Shown: positions 26,355 to 36,039 of the stretch, one piece after another | How positions within the stretch are numbered: position 1 is the first letter of the stretch | How the letters are laid out: each line of letters begins with the position of its first letter | NCBI GenBank assembly: GCA_949358305.1 | Contig: OX442314.1 | Span: 16,368,001 to 16,432,000, forward strand | Length of the DNA stretch: 64,000 nucleotides | Direction of reading: 5' to 3' | From: Strigamia acuminata | Taxonomy: Eukaryota | Program-made: the position numbers and the translations under genes | The notes under the pieces: generated by a model | Told to the model about the DNA's origin: nothing | The model's input: the letters and a program-made list of their open reading frames with translations, nothing else | Database searches by the model: none

Positions 26355-29300
26355 ATGGAATTTAACCACATTCAGTCTGAATTTGAAGAGTTGTTTATGG
26401 AGATTGAAGAATCTCTCTTTCCTCCTATTAACACACCTAATTCACTGCTTGATGTTGATGATGAAGAAAATGGATCCAATGATTCTCCATGTTGGATTTA
26501 CAATCATTCTCTGATTTATCCACTCTCATCGTCTACCATCATCAACCAGTCTCAACACGTGCAATCTCCAACCTGTGTCCTCCAATCTCAACCTGCATCA
26601 TTTCAATCATGCAATCCATTGACATCATGTGAGTCTCCCGTTCCTCTCTTGATTAATCATCAAATCCATAATCAAGTGGTGCAACATAATATTTGTGAAT
26701 TTGAAGAGATGCTTACGGAAATTGAAGAATCTCTATTTCCTCAAGTTAACACGCCCAATCCTCTACTGGAAGAAGAAAATGGATACAATGATTCTCCATG
26801 GATTTATAATCATTCTCCAATTTATCCACTCTCACCACCTACCATCATCAACCAGTATCAACACGTGCCATCTCCATCCTGCACCAATGCGTTTCAACAT
26901 GTGCCAACTCCAACCTGCATCAATCAATCTGAATCTGCATCATCTCAATCGTGCAATCCATCGATATCATGCGAGTCTCCAGTTCCTGTGTACCACTACC
27001 AACCAAATTTACACCAAGCAAGAACAAGCCGCATCGTCAATCCCCCATCTCCTATGACTTTAGTGCAACAAATTGGAGGTGGAGAGAAAGTACATTCGTG
27101 TGAGTACTGCAAAAAAAATTTTTCTTGTTTTTCAACTTTAAAAAGGCATCTTATTCATTCACATACTCTTGCTAAAAGCACATTCGCATGCGCAATTTGT
27201 ACAAATATTTTTTCACGCAAAGATGCCTTGCTGCGACATGTTAAAAAAATTCACAATCGCAGCAAAGAGACATTTACTTGCAATGTTTGCAAAAAGTCTT
27301 TTTCTTCAAATAATAATTTACTTAAACACATGCAAGTTCACATTCATCCTTTACCCGCCGTTCCACATCCACAACCACTACCCTGCGATGATCCTTGTGT
27401 TGACGCATTAGAGGGAAACGTCAACACGTATAAAATTCCCGGTGATGATTGTGGTGATTTAAATCATTTTTTCATTCAACACCACACTCGAGTGAAACGG
27501 ATCTTAAACTTCCAATTGATTAAAAAGAAAGCGGTAAAATATTATATCGCCGTTAATATACATTTCACTCGAACATCACAGAGTGGTGATACGGAAACCG
27601 TTGCATGTTTTCGAAGCATTTGCTATATTGCGCTCGTTGAATCGGATCTCGAGGACCAATTATTGGAGGCGTACGAGAAAATTAAACGTTCTTGCGCCGA
27701 ATTTCAACGAGATGGTAGTGGTTGGGTATTTGAAGCGGTGGTAGAGATGCATGTGAATATTGGTAGATATCGCCCATTGGCTGGAAGATCTTACATCGCA
27801 CTCCCCAAATTTTTAGCAGACAAAAAAGCAATAATAAATGTACAAAATCAAGATTCTTTGTGTTTTCTCTGGAGTGTTTTAGCTGCTCTGCATCCTGCAC
27901 CTTCCCACCCTGAACGTGTTTCACATTATACCAAGTACCGAAACACTTTAGATTTAACCGGACTTTCATTCCCAATGACTCTTCAACAAATCCCCAAGTT
28001 TGAAACCATGAATTCTATTAGTGTTCATGTGTTTGGTTTCGAAAAAGAAGTGTTTCCCCTATACATTAGCAAATTGGAACATAAAACCCAAATAAATTTG
28101 TTACTTTTTGCTAATGATCAAACCCAACATTATTGTTGGATTAAAAATTTAAATAAACTGTTACATTCCTTAACACATCACAATGAATTAGCTCACTATT
28201 GTAAATATTGTCTGCATAGATGTTCGTCAGAACGGATACTAAAAGATCACTTGGAGTACTGCTCAACCCATGGACTACAAAAAGTTAAATACCCCACCGA
28301 TGAAACAAAATGGATGCACTTTACTGATTTCCATAAACAATTTAAAGTCCCATTTGTAATATATGCGGATTTCGAGTCACTGCTCGTTAAAAATGTTGAA
28401 AAAGATGAGACAAGCAAAGTGCAAAAAGTGTCCAAGCACGTACCATCGGGTTATGCTTATGCCGTTATCAATACGGAAGGTAAACTGCACCAACCTCCAT
28501 CGGTATATCGAGGTGAAAATGCAGTTGATCATTTTCTTGATCATATTACTAAATTGGAAGTAGAGTTGGGAAAGCTTATGGCTTTAAATCTTCCAATGGA
28601 TTTATCAAATGAAGAAAAATTGTTTATGGAAAGTGCTACATCTTGTCACATTTGTAATAAGACATTTTTAAAAAATGAAAAGAAAGTAAGGGACCATGAT
28701 CATGCTACTGGCAAGTTCCGTGGCCCTGCTCATAATTTTTGTAATCTGATGTATCGCAGAACATCTAAACAAATTCCCGTTGTGTTTCATAACTTAAAAA
28801 ATTATGATTCACATTTGTTAATGCAGGGAATTGGAAAGTATAAAGATCGTGAAATAAGCTGTATTCCAACCAACATGCAACGATATATTACTTTTTCACT
28901 CGGAAATCTTCGATTTCTCGATAGTCTGCAATTTATGAATGCATCTTTAGAATCATTGGTTGCTAATTTATTCAAAAGTGATCCAAACCAATTCCGAATA
29001 ATGAATCAACATTTCAAACCTGATCAAATCGGTTTGTTATTACGGAAAGGTATTTTTCCATATGAGTACATGGACTCTTGGATCAAATTCAACGAAGTCC
29101 AACTTCCTCCCATATCTGCATTTTACAGTACTCTAAGTGCGCAAAGTGTATCCGAATCTGACTATATTCATGCAAAGAAAGTGTGGGATAAATTCAATAT
29201 CCTAAATCTCGGTGTTTATCAAGACCTTTATGTTTTGACTGACGTTTTGCTGCTAGCTGACGTCTTTGAAAATTTTCGATCAATTTGTTTAGAGACTTAT

Positions 29301-30779
29301 AAATTGGATTGTTGCAATTATTTCACAACACCCGGTCTCTCATGGGGGGCATGTCTGAAACTAACAGATGTTAAATTAGAACTGTTAACGGATCCGCTTA
29401 TGCATGTCTTTATTGAAAATGGTATTCGCGGTGGTATATCAATGATTAGCCATCGATTTGCTAAAGCCAATCACAAAGATATAGATGGTTATAAAAAGGA
29501 CCTTCCATCCAATCACATCATCTATCTCGATGCGAATAACTTGTACGGCTGGGCAATGAACCAATATTTACCAACTCATAATTTCAAATGGATACCGCCC
29601 ACCGATGATTTTGATGTGTTAAGCATTAGTGAAACCGGCACAAAGGGATATATTTTGGAGGTAGATTTAGAATATCCCAAAGAACTCCATGATTCCCATA
29701 ACGATTATCCTCTTGCTCCTGAACGACTAACAGTAACTGAAAACATGTTATCACCCTACAGTCTCGAACACCTTATCCTACTAGAACAAAAACATCACCC
29801 ATCTCCCAAATTAGTTCCTAACCTTGCTAACAAAACAAAATACATTATCCACTACCAAAACCTCCAATTGTATTTGAAATTGGGAATGAAAGTCACGAAA
29901 ATTCATAAAATTCTGGAATTTGAACAATCTGATTGGCTTGCAAAGTACATTGGCTTAAATACTGAGTTGCGAAAACAAGCAACCAATAGTTTTCAAAAGG
30001 ACTTCTTCAAATTGATGAATAATAGTGTTTTTGGGAAGTCGCTCGAATCCGTCAGGAAACGTGTTGATGTGAGGTTGGTGCAAAATCCAGAGCGAGTGAC
30101 TAAATTATTAAATTCACCAACTTTTCACGAGTTCAAGATTTTCAATGAAGATCTTGTAGGTGTACATTTAAAGAAAAGAAATATCCTATTAAATAGACCC
30201 ATATACGTGGGCTTTTGCATTCTAGAACTTAGCAAAGTCCTTATGTATGATTTTCATTATAATCATATCAAAAAAACATATGGGAACAAAGCCAAGTTGC
30301 TTTTTACTGATACGGATAGTTTAACGTATAATATCGAAACAGATGATATTTATGCAGACATGAAAAAAGATTTAGAAAAATTCGACACTTCAGATTATCC
30401 TTCCACACACTCCCTATACAGCACAAAGAATAAAAAGGTAATTGGAAAGTTTAAAGACGAAATGTCCGGGAAATGCATACAGGAATTTCTCGGACTTCGA
30501 TGTAAAATGTATTCGTTTAAAACAAAAGATCAAGAAAAAAAGACAGCAAAAGGTGTACCTCGAAGTGTGCGAAATCAACTTCGCCACAAAGACTACAAAG
30601 AGTGTCTATTCAACAAAATAGAAAACGCACGTTCATCAAATCAAATTCGCTCTTTCGATCACGAATTATATACAATTTTGCAAAAGAAAATTGCTTTGTC
30701 TGCTGGAGATGATAAAAGGTACATTTTGAGTGATGGTGTAACGACTCTAGCTCATGGGCATTACAATATTATTTTGTAA
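26355..30779 (+). CDS. polB: Protein-primed family B DNA polymerase with an N-terminal duplicated acidic region, three C2H2 fingers and an endonuclease VII-like insert
   Basis: Exo motifs YADFES, FHNLKNYDSH, YVLTDV; Pol motifs YLDANNLYGWAM, KLMNNSVFGK, FTDTDSL; EndoVII-like CHIC..DHDHATGKFRGPAHNFCN. The ORF opens at 26283, but a TATATA at ~26288 favours ATG 26355. Confidence 0.97.
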   Translation: MEFNHIQSEFEELFMEIEESLFPPINTPNSLLDVDDEENGSNDSPCWIYNHSLIYPLSSSTIINQSQHVQSPTCVLQSQPASFQSCNPLTSCESPVPLLINHQIHNQVVQHNICEFEEMLTEIEESLFPQVNTPNPLLEEENGYNDSPWIYNHSPIYPLSPPTIINQYQHVPSPSCTNAFQHVPTPTCINQSESASSQSCNPSISCESPVPVYHYQPNLHQARTSRIVNPPSPMTLVQQIGGGEKVHSCEYCKKNFSCFSTLKRHLIHSHTLAKSTFACAICTNIFSRKDALLRHVKKIHNRSKETFTCNVCKKSFSSNNNLLKHMQVHIHPLPAVPHPQPLPCDDPCVDALEGNVNTYKIPGDDCGDLNHFFIQHHTRVKRILNFQLIKKKAVKYYIAVNIHFTRTSQSGDTETVACFRSICYIALVESDLEDQLLEAYEKIKRSCAEFQRDGSGWVFEAVVEMHVNIGRYRPLAGRSYIALPKFLADKKAIINVQNQDSLCFLWSVLAALHPAPSHPERVSHYTKYRNTLDLTGLSFPMTLQQIPKFETMNSISVHVFGFEKEVFPLYISKLEHKTQINLLLFANDQTQHYCWIKNLNKLLHSLTHHNELAHYCKYCLHRCSSERILKDHLEYCSTHGLQKVKYPTDETKWMHFTDFHKQFKVPFVIYADFESLLVKNVEKDETSKVQKVSKHVPSGYAYAVINTEGKLHQPPSVYRGENAVDHFLDHITKLEVELGKLMALNLPMDLSNEEKLFMESATSCHICNKTFLKNEKKVRDHDHATGKFRGPAHNFCNLMYRRTSKQIPVVFHNLKNYDSHLLMQGIGKYKDREISCIPTNMQRYITFSLGNLRFLDSLQFMNASLESLVANLFKSDPNQFRIMNQHFKPDQIGLLLRKGIFPYEYMDSWIKFNEVQLPPISAFYSTLSAQSVSESDYIHAKKVWDKFNILNLGVYQDLYVLTDVLLLADVFENFRSICLETYKLDCCNYFTTPGLSWGACLKLTDVKLELLTDPLMHVFIENGIRGGISMISHRFAKANHKDIDGYKKDLPSNHIIYLDANNLYGWAMNQYLPTHNFKWIPPTDDFDVLSISETGTKGYILEVDLEYPKELHDSHNDYPLAPERLTVTENMLSPYSLEHLILLEQKHHPSPKLVPNLANKTKYIIHYQNLQLYLKLGMKVTKIHKILEFEQSDWLAKYIGLNTELRKQATNSFQKDFFKLMNNSVFGKSLESVRKRVDVRLVQNPERVTKLLNSPTFHEFKIFNEDLVGVHLKKRNILLNRPIYVGFCILELSKVLMYDFHYNHIKKTYGNKAKLLFTDTDSLTYNIETDDIYADMKKDLEKFDTSDYPSTHSLYSTKNKKVIGKFKDEMSGKCIQEFLGLRCKMYSFKTKDQEKKTAKGVPRSVRNQLRHKDYKECLFNKIENARSSNQIRSFDHELYTILQKKIALSAGDDKRYILSDGVTTLAHGHYNIIL

Positions 30780-30962
30780 AAAGTGTTATTTATTTATTTA
30801 TTTATTTTGTAAACAAAACTGTTACATATTTTTATTATTATTATATCATTATCTTATCATGTAATTTATTTTGTAAATGAAATTATTATTATTATTATTA
30901 TTATTATTTTTATAAAATAAAACCATTATTATATATATTATCGTGTCATTCTTTCACAAACC

Positions 30963-31349
30963 ATGGACAGAGCAGGATTACAGAAAAACCTGATGCTCTT
31001 ATTTGAAAATCATAAATTATGGATTACGACTGGAAGTTTCTCTGTTGTTGGATGTTGTATCGTTATTCTACAAATCATGATTCTGATGTACTCTCCTCCA
31101 ACCTTAATCCAACCAACTGTGGATGTAGTGAAAATGTTGCCTGTATCCAATGGATGCAATTCCACTTTTGATCTAGGAAATGGAAAACAACTAAATATTT
31201 GCAAACGTGGAGATGATGTAATATTTGATATCAGACAGTTTAGCAGAGCTGGTCCATCCATCAAAGGAATTAATTTAAATTGGTATCAATGGATTAGATT
31301 AACTCGAGCAATCTCTTTTCTCCATTCGAATGTAACTATTGTTAAATAA
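30963..31349 (+). CDS. PC4-like ssDNA-binding domain protein with an N-terminal hydrophobic segment
   Basis: FDLGNGKQLNI..VIFDIRQF..PSIKGINLNWYQW resembles the PC4 (Sub1) signature; it is preceded by FSVVGCCIVILQIMILMY. Confidence 0.7.
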   Translation: MDRAGLQKNLMLLFENHKLWITTGSFSVVGCCIVILQIMILMYSPPTLIQPTVDVVKMLPVSNGCNSTFDLGNGKQLNICKRGDDVIFDIRQFSRAGPSIKGINLNWYQWIRLTRAISFLHSNVTIVK

Positions 31350-31401
31350 ACAAGTGCATATGCAATGATCGAAATATATCTTTATTATTTGTGTATACAA
31401 A

Positions 31402-32496
31402 TTATAATGGTGGGTTGTCTCGTAAGTCATCAGCGGGAATCCAGGAATTAAATTCATCTCCATAACCCATCCACTTTACAAAATATAATTTATTCGCACC
31501 TTTGCCTTTAGACTTTAATACTGTTTCTACAGCATACTCCGCATCCTTGGGTTTATTAATTTTCTGCAACTCAAATTCATAAAATGTACCGAGTAAAGGT
31601 TCATCATTGTAATCTTTAAGCATATAGACAACTTCTGGTGGTCGGATTAATCGATTGGCAATATAATAAATTTGATGCGAATAGCTTCCCCTGTATCCCT
31701 TTCGGAAAACCACTTTTGATTTTGATATTCTAACACCATCACCAATATTAAACTTAAATTTTTTATGTCTTTTATTTATTGTATCACCATATAAGTGGTA
31801 AAACACTGCCGGTTCTTTCTCTTTCGTAACATCAACAGGTTTCATTCCTAATGTTCGATGAACGCTATGATTATATGAATCAATAAATGTTTGCAGTTGG
31901 TCAATATATCGATGTCTGCCGGTATATGTGAAATAAGTCCACATTTTCTGCTTTATGGTCCGATTTAATCTTTCACAAAGTGAACATTTAATATCATCAT
32001 TTTCACTTGTAAAATGTTTGATGTTATTTTTTAGTAAGAATTCCTGAAAAGCTTTATTTAAGTATTCTTTTCCCTTATCGGTCTGTAGAAAAAGGGGTTT
32101 AGTCTTGGCACGTTTTAGAATTGTTTCAAAAGCTTTTATAATATGTTGCGCAGACTTTGTTGGTAAAGCTTCAATATACGCATATCGTGAAAATACATCA
32201 ATGACAGTCATTAAATATCTATTTCCATCATTTTCCTTTGCTATGTTTCCAACTTCAACCAAATCCGATTGCCATTGGTAATTAATAGATGGTACAATAG
32301 TCTTAGAGCGTTGAAACTTGTATCGAACTGGTTTATGTAAGGTATATGAGTCTAGTCCTTGTAACCAATCTTGAATCTCCTTTCTGGTAACTTGTACCCC
32401 CCGATTACGTGCAGCATGGAACAATTTATCTCGACTACTAAATCCGGCAGGATTTCTTGGATTAAAGTAGATATCTTTCAATTGTTGCTCTGCCAT
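31402..32496 (-). CDS. Retroviral-like (rve) DDE integrase with C-terminal chromodomain
   Basis: WQSDLV, VIDVFSRY, LQTDKGKEY, CERLNRTIK; chromodomain YAVETVL..YFVKWMGYGDEFNSWIPADDL. Confidence 0.97.
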   Translation of the reverse strand: MAEQQLKDIYFNPRNPAGFSSRDKLFHAARNRGVQVTRKEIQDWLQGLDSYTLHKPVRYKFQRSKTIVPSINYQWQSDLVEVGNIAKENDGNRYLMTVIDVFSRYAYIEALPTKSAQHIIKAFETILKRAKTKPLFLQTDKGKEYLNKAFQEFLLKNNIKHFTSENDDIKCSLCERLNRTIKQKMWTYFTYTGRHRYIDQLQTFIDSYNHSVHRTLGMKPVDVTKEKEPAVFYHLYGDTINKRHKKFKFNIGDGVRISKSKVVFRKGYRGSYSHQIYYIANRLIRPPEVVYMLKDYNDEPLLGTFYEFELQKINKPKDAEYAVETVLKSKGKGANKLYFVKWMGYGDEFNSWIPADDLRDNPPL

Positions 32497-32544
32497 ATGT
32501 TTTTCTAACTTTGTTCTATGCTCCTAGTTATACTGTTTATTTCT

Positions 32545-33429
32545 TTATTTTTTTTTCTTTTTTTGTGAACCGGAACTTGGTGTTTTATATTTGAATAAAC
32601 TCTCGTCTTGATCTCGTTGAAATCTTAAAGATTTGTTTGGTGTTCCGTAATGTGCCCAAGTGTTCTCTAAGTCTGACAGCTCTTGATCTTGATCTGATAG
32701 TGTTTGATTATTGATGATGGAGTCATTTCCACTCAATGACTCTCTATGAATGTCCCTAGTAATTGTGGGAGTTGAAGTGCTCATCGGTCTAATTAATTCC
32801 TTTCTTAAATTCTTGTTTATAATGTATTCTTTTGGTACATTTGAATCAATCAAAATTTTAATATACTCTGACTGACCAATCGGAATTACATTTTGCTTCG
32901 GGCGGTTTCTTATGGTATAGTTTATAAGATCAGCTTTGGTTGTATTTGGAATTTTTACTCCATCTATAATCATTTCCGATAGATTGCTCCATTTCAACCT
33001 TGGATTCAAATTCATAACTTCCATTAACGCAATAGCTTGTTTCTTTTGATCTTTTGACATTTTATTCAACATTATTTTATCCAATGGTTGAAGAACAAAT
33101 GGCGATTGAGATGTGGATAAGTGCGAAACAATTGGTGGTGGTGATTGAGGTGGAGATGCGGATTGAGTTGGAGGTGATATAGTAACAGTTTTTGGTGCAT
33201 TTAATTGTTTAATTAGCTTTTGTTTAAAGTTTCCAAATTGCGATTGAAGTGTCGATATAAGTTTAGCTTTCATTTCATCATTCAAGTTTGCATCATTGAA
33301 AATTTCCTCTATTGACGATTCAATCTTTTGCAATTTTTGATATTGCGGATCAATATCATCATAGTTCTTTTTCGAATATTGTAAAGATGACATCATTTCC
33401 TGCGGTACTAAAACCATTTTCCTAGCCAT
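32545..33429 (-). CDS. Polinton protein of unknown function (coiled-coil N-terminus, Pro/Ser linker, basic tail)
   Basis: 294-aa intronless ORF starting MARKMVLVP; LKWSNLSEMIIDGVKIPNT-type block; lies between the core-protein and integrase genes; overlaps the upstream stop codon. Confidence 0.75.
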   Translation of the reverse strand: MARKMVLVPQEMMSSLQYSKKNYDDIDPQYQKLQKIESSIEEIFNDANLNDEMKAKLISTLQSQFGNFKQKLIKQLNAPKTVTISPPTQSASPPQSPPPIVSHLSTSQSPFVLQPLDKIMLNKMSKDQKKQAIALMEVMNLNPRLKWSNLSEMIIDGVKIPNTTKADLINYTIRNRPKQNVIPIGQSEYIKILIDSNVPKEYIINKNLRKELIRPMSTSTPTITRDIHRESLSGNDSIINNQTLSDQDQELSDLENTWAHYGTPNKSLRFQRDQDESLFKYKTPSSGSQKKKKK

Positions 33430-33757
33430 TTTGTTTACTAATTAGTTTACCTACTAATGCTCCAATAATTGGGGCGAGTAGTTGCGGTAAAAATCCACCA
33501 GTTTGAATGACCAAGTTCCGTCTTTGTTTGAATGAAGATGTAGGAGTGGCCAATTTTCTTAACAACCTTCTCTTTCGATAAAGTGATTGTTTCTGATTTG
33601 CTCCTAACTTAATTGTACCTTTTATAATGTTTAAACAAATTTCACAGATGGTTTTACAGAAATCATCGTTAGAATGTTTGAGAAAATCCTTGATTTGTCT
33701 CTTATTTAAATCGGGAATGGCCCGGAGCACATTGGCGTGACGTCTTACTCGTTTCAT
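33422..33757 (-). CDS. Small basic Polinton virion/core protein with an amphipathic C-terminal peptide
   Basis: Arg/Lys-rich; ICEICLNIIKG; QTGG followed by FLPQLLAPIIGALVGKLIS. Confidence 0.8.
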   Translation of the reverse strand: MKRVRRHANVLRAIPDLNKRQIKDFLKHSNDDFCKTICEICLNIIKGTIKLGANQKQSLYRKRRLLRKLATPTSSFKQRRNLVIQTGGFLPQLLAPIIGALVGKLISKQNG

Positions 33758-33766
33758 TGGTGGAAT

Positions 33767-34366
33767 CTATATGTAAACTATAGTATATTCATCCGGAAAT
33801 ATATTAGTCTTCACTCTTTGATCTTGGGGTGTATCCGGTTTCAAATCAATTAATAAATACCCAAAACTTTGCGCTGTTGCATCGTTAAATGCTGATATGA
33901 AAAATTTACCTCGCTGTGGGAACATTTGACTCCCTACTTTTGCGATTTGATTCATATCCCTTGGATTTCGAAAAAGGATTAAATAGTGACTATTTAAAGA
34001 TAAAGTTCGTTGATATTTGCTTTGATGAAATATGTTTTGGCATAAATAAAATACACTAGTGCTCGTATGGTGCGAATATTTAGTCCACAATAACCCAATC
34101 TCTTGATTTAAATTTTCCATTTGATCGTCAATGATGAAAAGCTTTCTCGTTGATGAATCCAAAGTCTTTAAATTGGGTAATCCTTCGTGGAACTGCACAT
34201 TGGGAAATTCGATATACCACTGTTGCCATATTGAATAGTACCAGCAAATATCTTGTGGGGGTGGATCAATCATTTTACTCGCATTTCGGATAATTTTCTT
34301 ACATATCTCCGTTTTGCCCGTACCCGAACTTCCAGAAATAATAGCAGTAAATGGATGATGAAACAT
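33767..34366 (-). CDS. A32/FtsK-like genome packaging ATPase
   Basis: Walker A GSSGTGKT, Walker B LFIIDDQ, SHH, LSLNSHYLILFRNPRD, FGYLLIDL. Confidence 0.95.
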   Translation of the reverse strand: MFHHPFTAIISGSSGTGKTEICKKIIRNASKMIDPPPQDICWYYSIWQQWYIEFPNVQFHEGLPNLKTLDSSTRKLFIIDDQMENLNQEIGLLWTKYSHHTSTSVFYLCQNIFHQSKYQRTLSLNSHYLILFRNPRDMNQIAKVGSQMFPQRGKFFISAFNDATAQSFGYLLIDLKPDTPQDQRVKTNIFPDEYTIVYI

Positions 34367-34419
34367 TGTTCATATAAGAGGTGATGTCACCTCAATGATG
34401 CAATCAGAAGTGAGCAGGC

Positions 34420-35550
34420 ATGGATCCGGAACAGAGTTTCTATGTGAGTCTTCCATCAAATAGCAGCTTAGATTATTACCCGAATAATACATTGACGGAA
34501 TTTCATACGCAATTACCATCATATATTAATTTAGATGAAAATTGGGAAGTGGGTCTGGTTGGATTCCTTTATCCAAGAAGCTGGAGTACTGCTCTATTGC
34601 CCCGAGGTGCCGATTTTCGAATACTGAAGAATGAAGTCAATGCAATCAAATTTCCACCATTCAAATTTGTGGATGCATCCCTACCGCAGGATAAGCTAAT
34701 ATCCGAGTTTCTTAACTTTTTAAATAATAATTTAACATCTCCAACCAAGAAAGATGAGAAAGTTAAAGATCTTGACAAAGCATTGCAAAAATTAGGAATT
34801 AAATTTCACTGGAATTCCACTCGTTTAAGATTTGAAATAATAATTATGCCTAAGTTTCAAGTCATGATCCCGCAGAGGCTGGCATATGTGTTAGGTTTTG
34901 TGAAAGATGAAGATGATGATTTTTACGCTGATGAATCCAAGACGGCTCGTGATTCTCCACGTCTCACACCAAATCTTATCAATGATAAAAATTGGAATTT
35001 ATCAATTGAAAAGGAGACTGATGGTAAACAGAAACAAAGCTTGAAACCTGGAAATTATTCGGGACCTGATCAATTAGTAGATGCTTTAAATCTTAAAGCA
35101 CTCGTAGTTATTGATAAAGCACCATTTAGTTTTAATATATCATCAAAGAAAATTGAGATTAACTTGCCAATTAACACCAAGTTGGTTCTTGATAAAGCCT
35201 TGGCATCAACTCTCGGTTTTAATGATTTGCGTGTAATTACAAAAACAACAGAAGCTTTTCATAAAATGGATGAACAAGTTGGACTATATCATATGTACTT
35301 GTATTGCAATCTAATACAACCAAACATTGTTGGGGATACTTTAGCGCCACTGTTAAGAATAATACAGATTCAAGGAAAAGAGCGAGGACAATACATCTCC
35401 CAAACTTTTGAAAATCCACATTATAAACCGCTGGCAAAATTGCAATTTGAATCCATACAAGTGCTTATAAGGGGTGACACCGGAGAAAAAGTACCATTCG
35501 AGTTTGGACGTGTCGTTGCAACGTTACACTTCAGGAAGAGATTGGATTGA
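34420..35550 (+). CDS. Minor capsid (penton-like, PX) protein
   Basis: FYVSLPSNSS..YPNNTLTEF..WEVGL N-terminus and MYLYCNLIQPNIVGDTLAPLLR..PHYKPL..LHFRKR C-terminus, typical of Polinton minor capsid proteins. Confidence 0.88.
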   Translation: MDPEQSFYVSLPSNSSLDYYPNNTLTEFHTQLPSYINLDENWEVGLVGFLYPRSWSTALLPRGADFRILKNEVNAIKFPPFKFVDASLPQDKLISEFLNFLNNNLTSPTKKDEKVKDLDKALQKLGIKFHWNSTRLRFEIIIMPKFQVMIPQRLAYVLGFVKDEDDDFYADESKTARDSPRLTPNLINDKNWNLSIEKETDGKQKQSLKPGNYSGPDQLVDALNLKALVVIDKAPFSFNISSKKIEINLPINTKLVLDKALASTLGFNDLRVITKTTEAFHKMDEQVGLYHMYLYCNLIQPNIVGDTLAPLLRIIQIQGKERGQYISQTFENPHYKPLAKLQFESIQVLIRGDTGEKVPFEFGRVVATLHFRKRLD

Positions 35551-35554
35551 CAAG

Positions 35555-36037
35555 ATGAGATTTCACTATGAACTAAACCCTCAAATCTGCATGGATAGAT
35601 ATTGCTCAAATCATGCGCAAATAGGTGGAGCAGATCTTCCTATATTTGTAGGATCTCGCTATCAACAAGGACATGGTTTGGGTTCACTTATAAGTGACGC
35701 ATTTCGAATTGTAAAGCCTTTTGTGAGAAGTGGAGCGTTGGATGCAGCAACGTATGGTTTGAAGAGAGGATTAGACGTAATTTCCGATATGCGTGTAAAC
35801 AAGAGAAAATTTGGAAATGCATTTAAAGATCAGGTTGTTCGAACCAAATCGGATTTTTTAAAAAAGATTGGTGTACAGAAAGGAGGCAAACAAAAGCGGA
35901 TGGATGGTAAACAAAAGAAAAGACGTGTAACCAAACAAAAGAATCAGTCTAAGAGACGAACTCGACCAAAGAAGAACGTGCGTAGGAAGTCCTGCAAAAG
36001 GAAAACTTCACTTCTTGGACCTGACATATTTGATTAG
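35555..36037 (+). CDS. Basic core/virion protein (PZ-like) with putative protease sites
   Basis: QIGG, F.GSRYQQGHGLGSL, QKGG, very Lys/Arg-rich tail ending DIFD; lies between the penton and major capsid genes. Confidence 0.8.
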   Translation: MRFHYELNPQICMDRYCSNHAQIGGADLPIFVGSRYQQGHGLGSLISDAFRIVKPFVRSGALDAATYGLKRGLDVISDMRVNKRKFGNAFKDQVVRTKSDFLKKIGVQKGGKQKRMDGKQKKRRVTKQKNQSKRRTRPKKNVRRKSCKRKTSLLGPDIFD

Positions 36038-36039
36038 CC

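Noticed and set aside
30780..30960. AT-rich (TTA)n tract after polB
   Set aside because: Low-complexity 3' UTR or intergenic sequence with AATAAA; no further structure seen.
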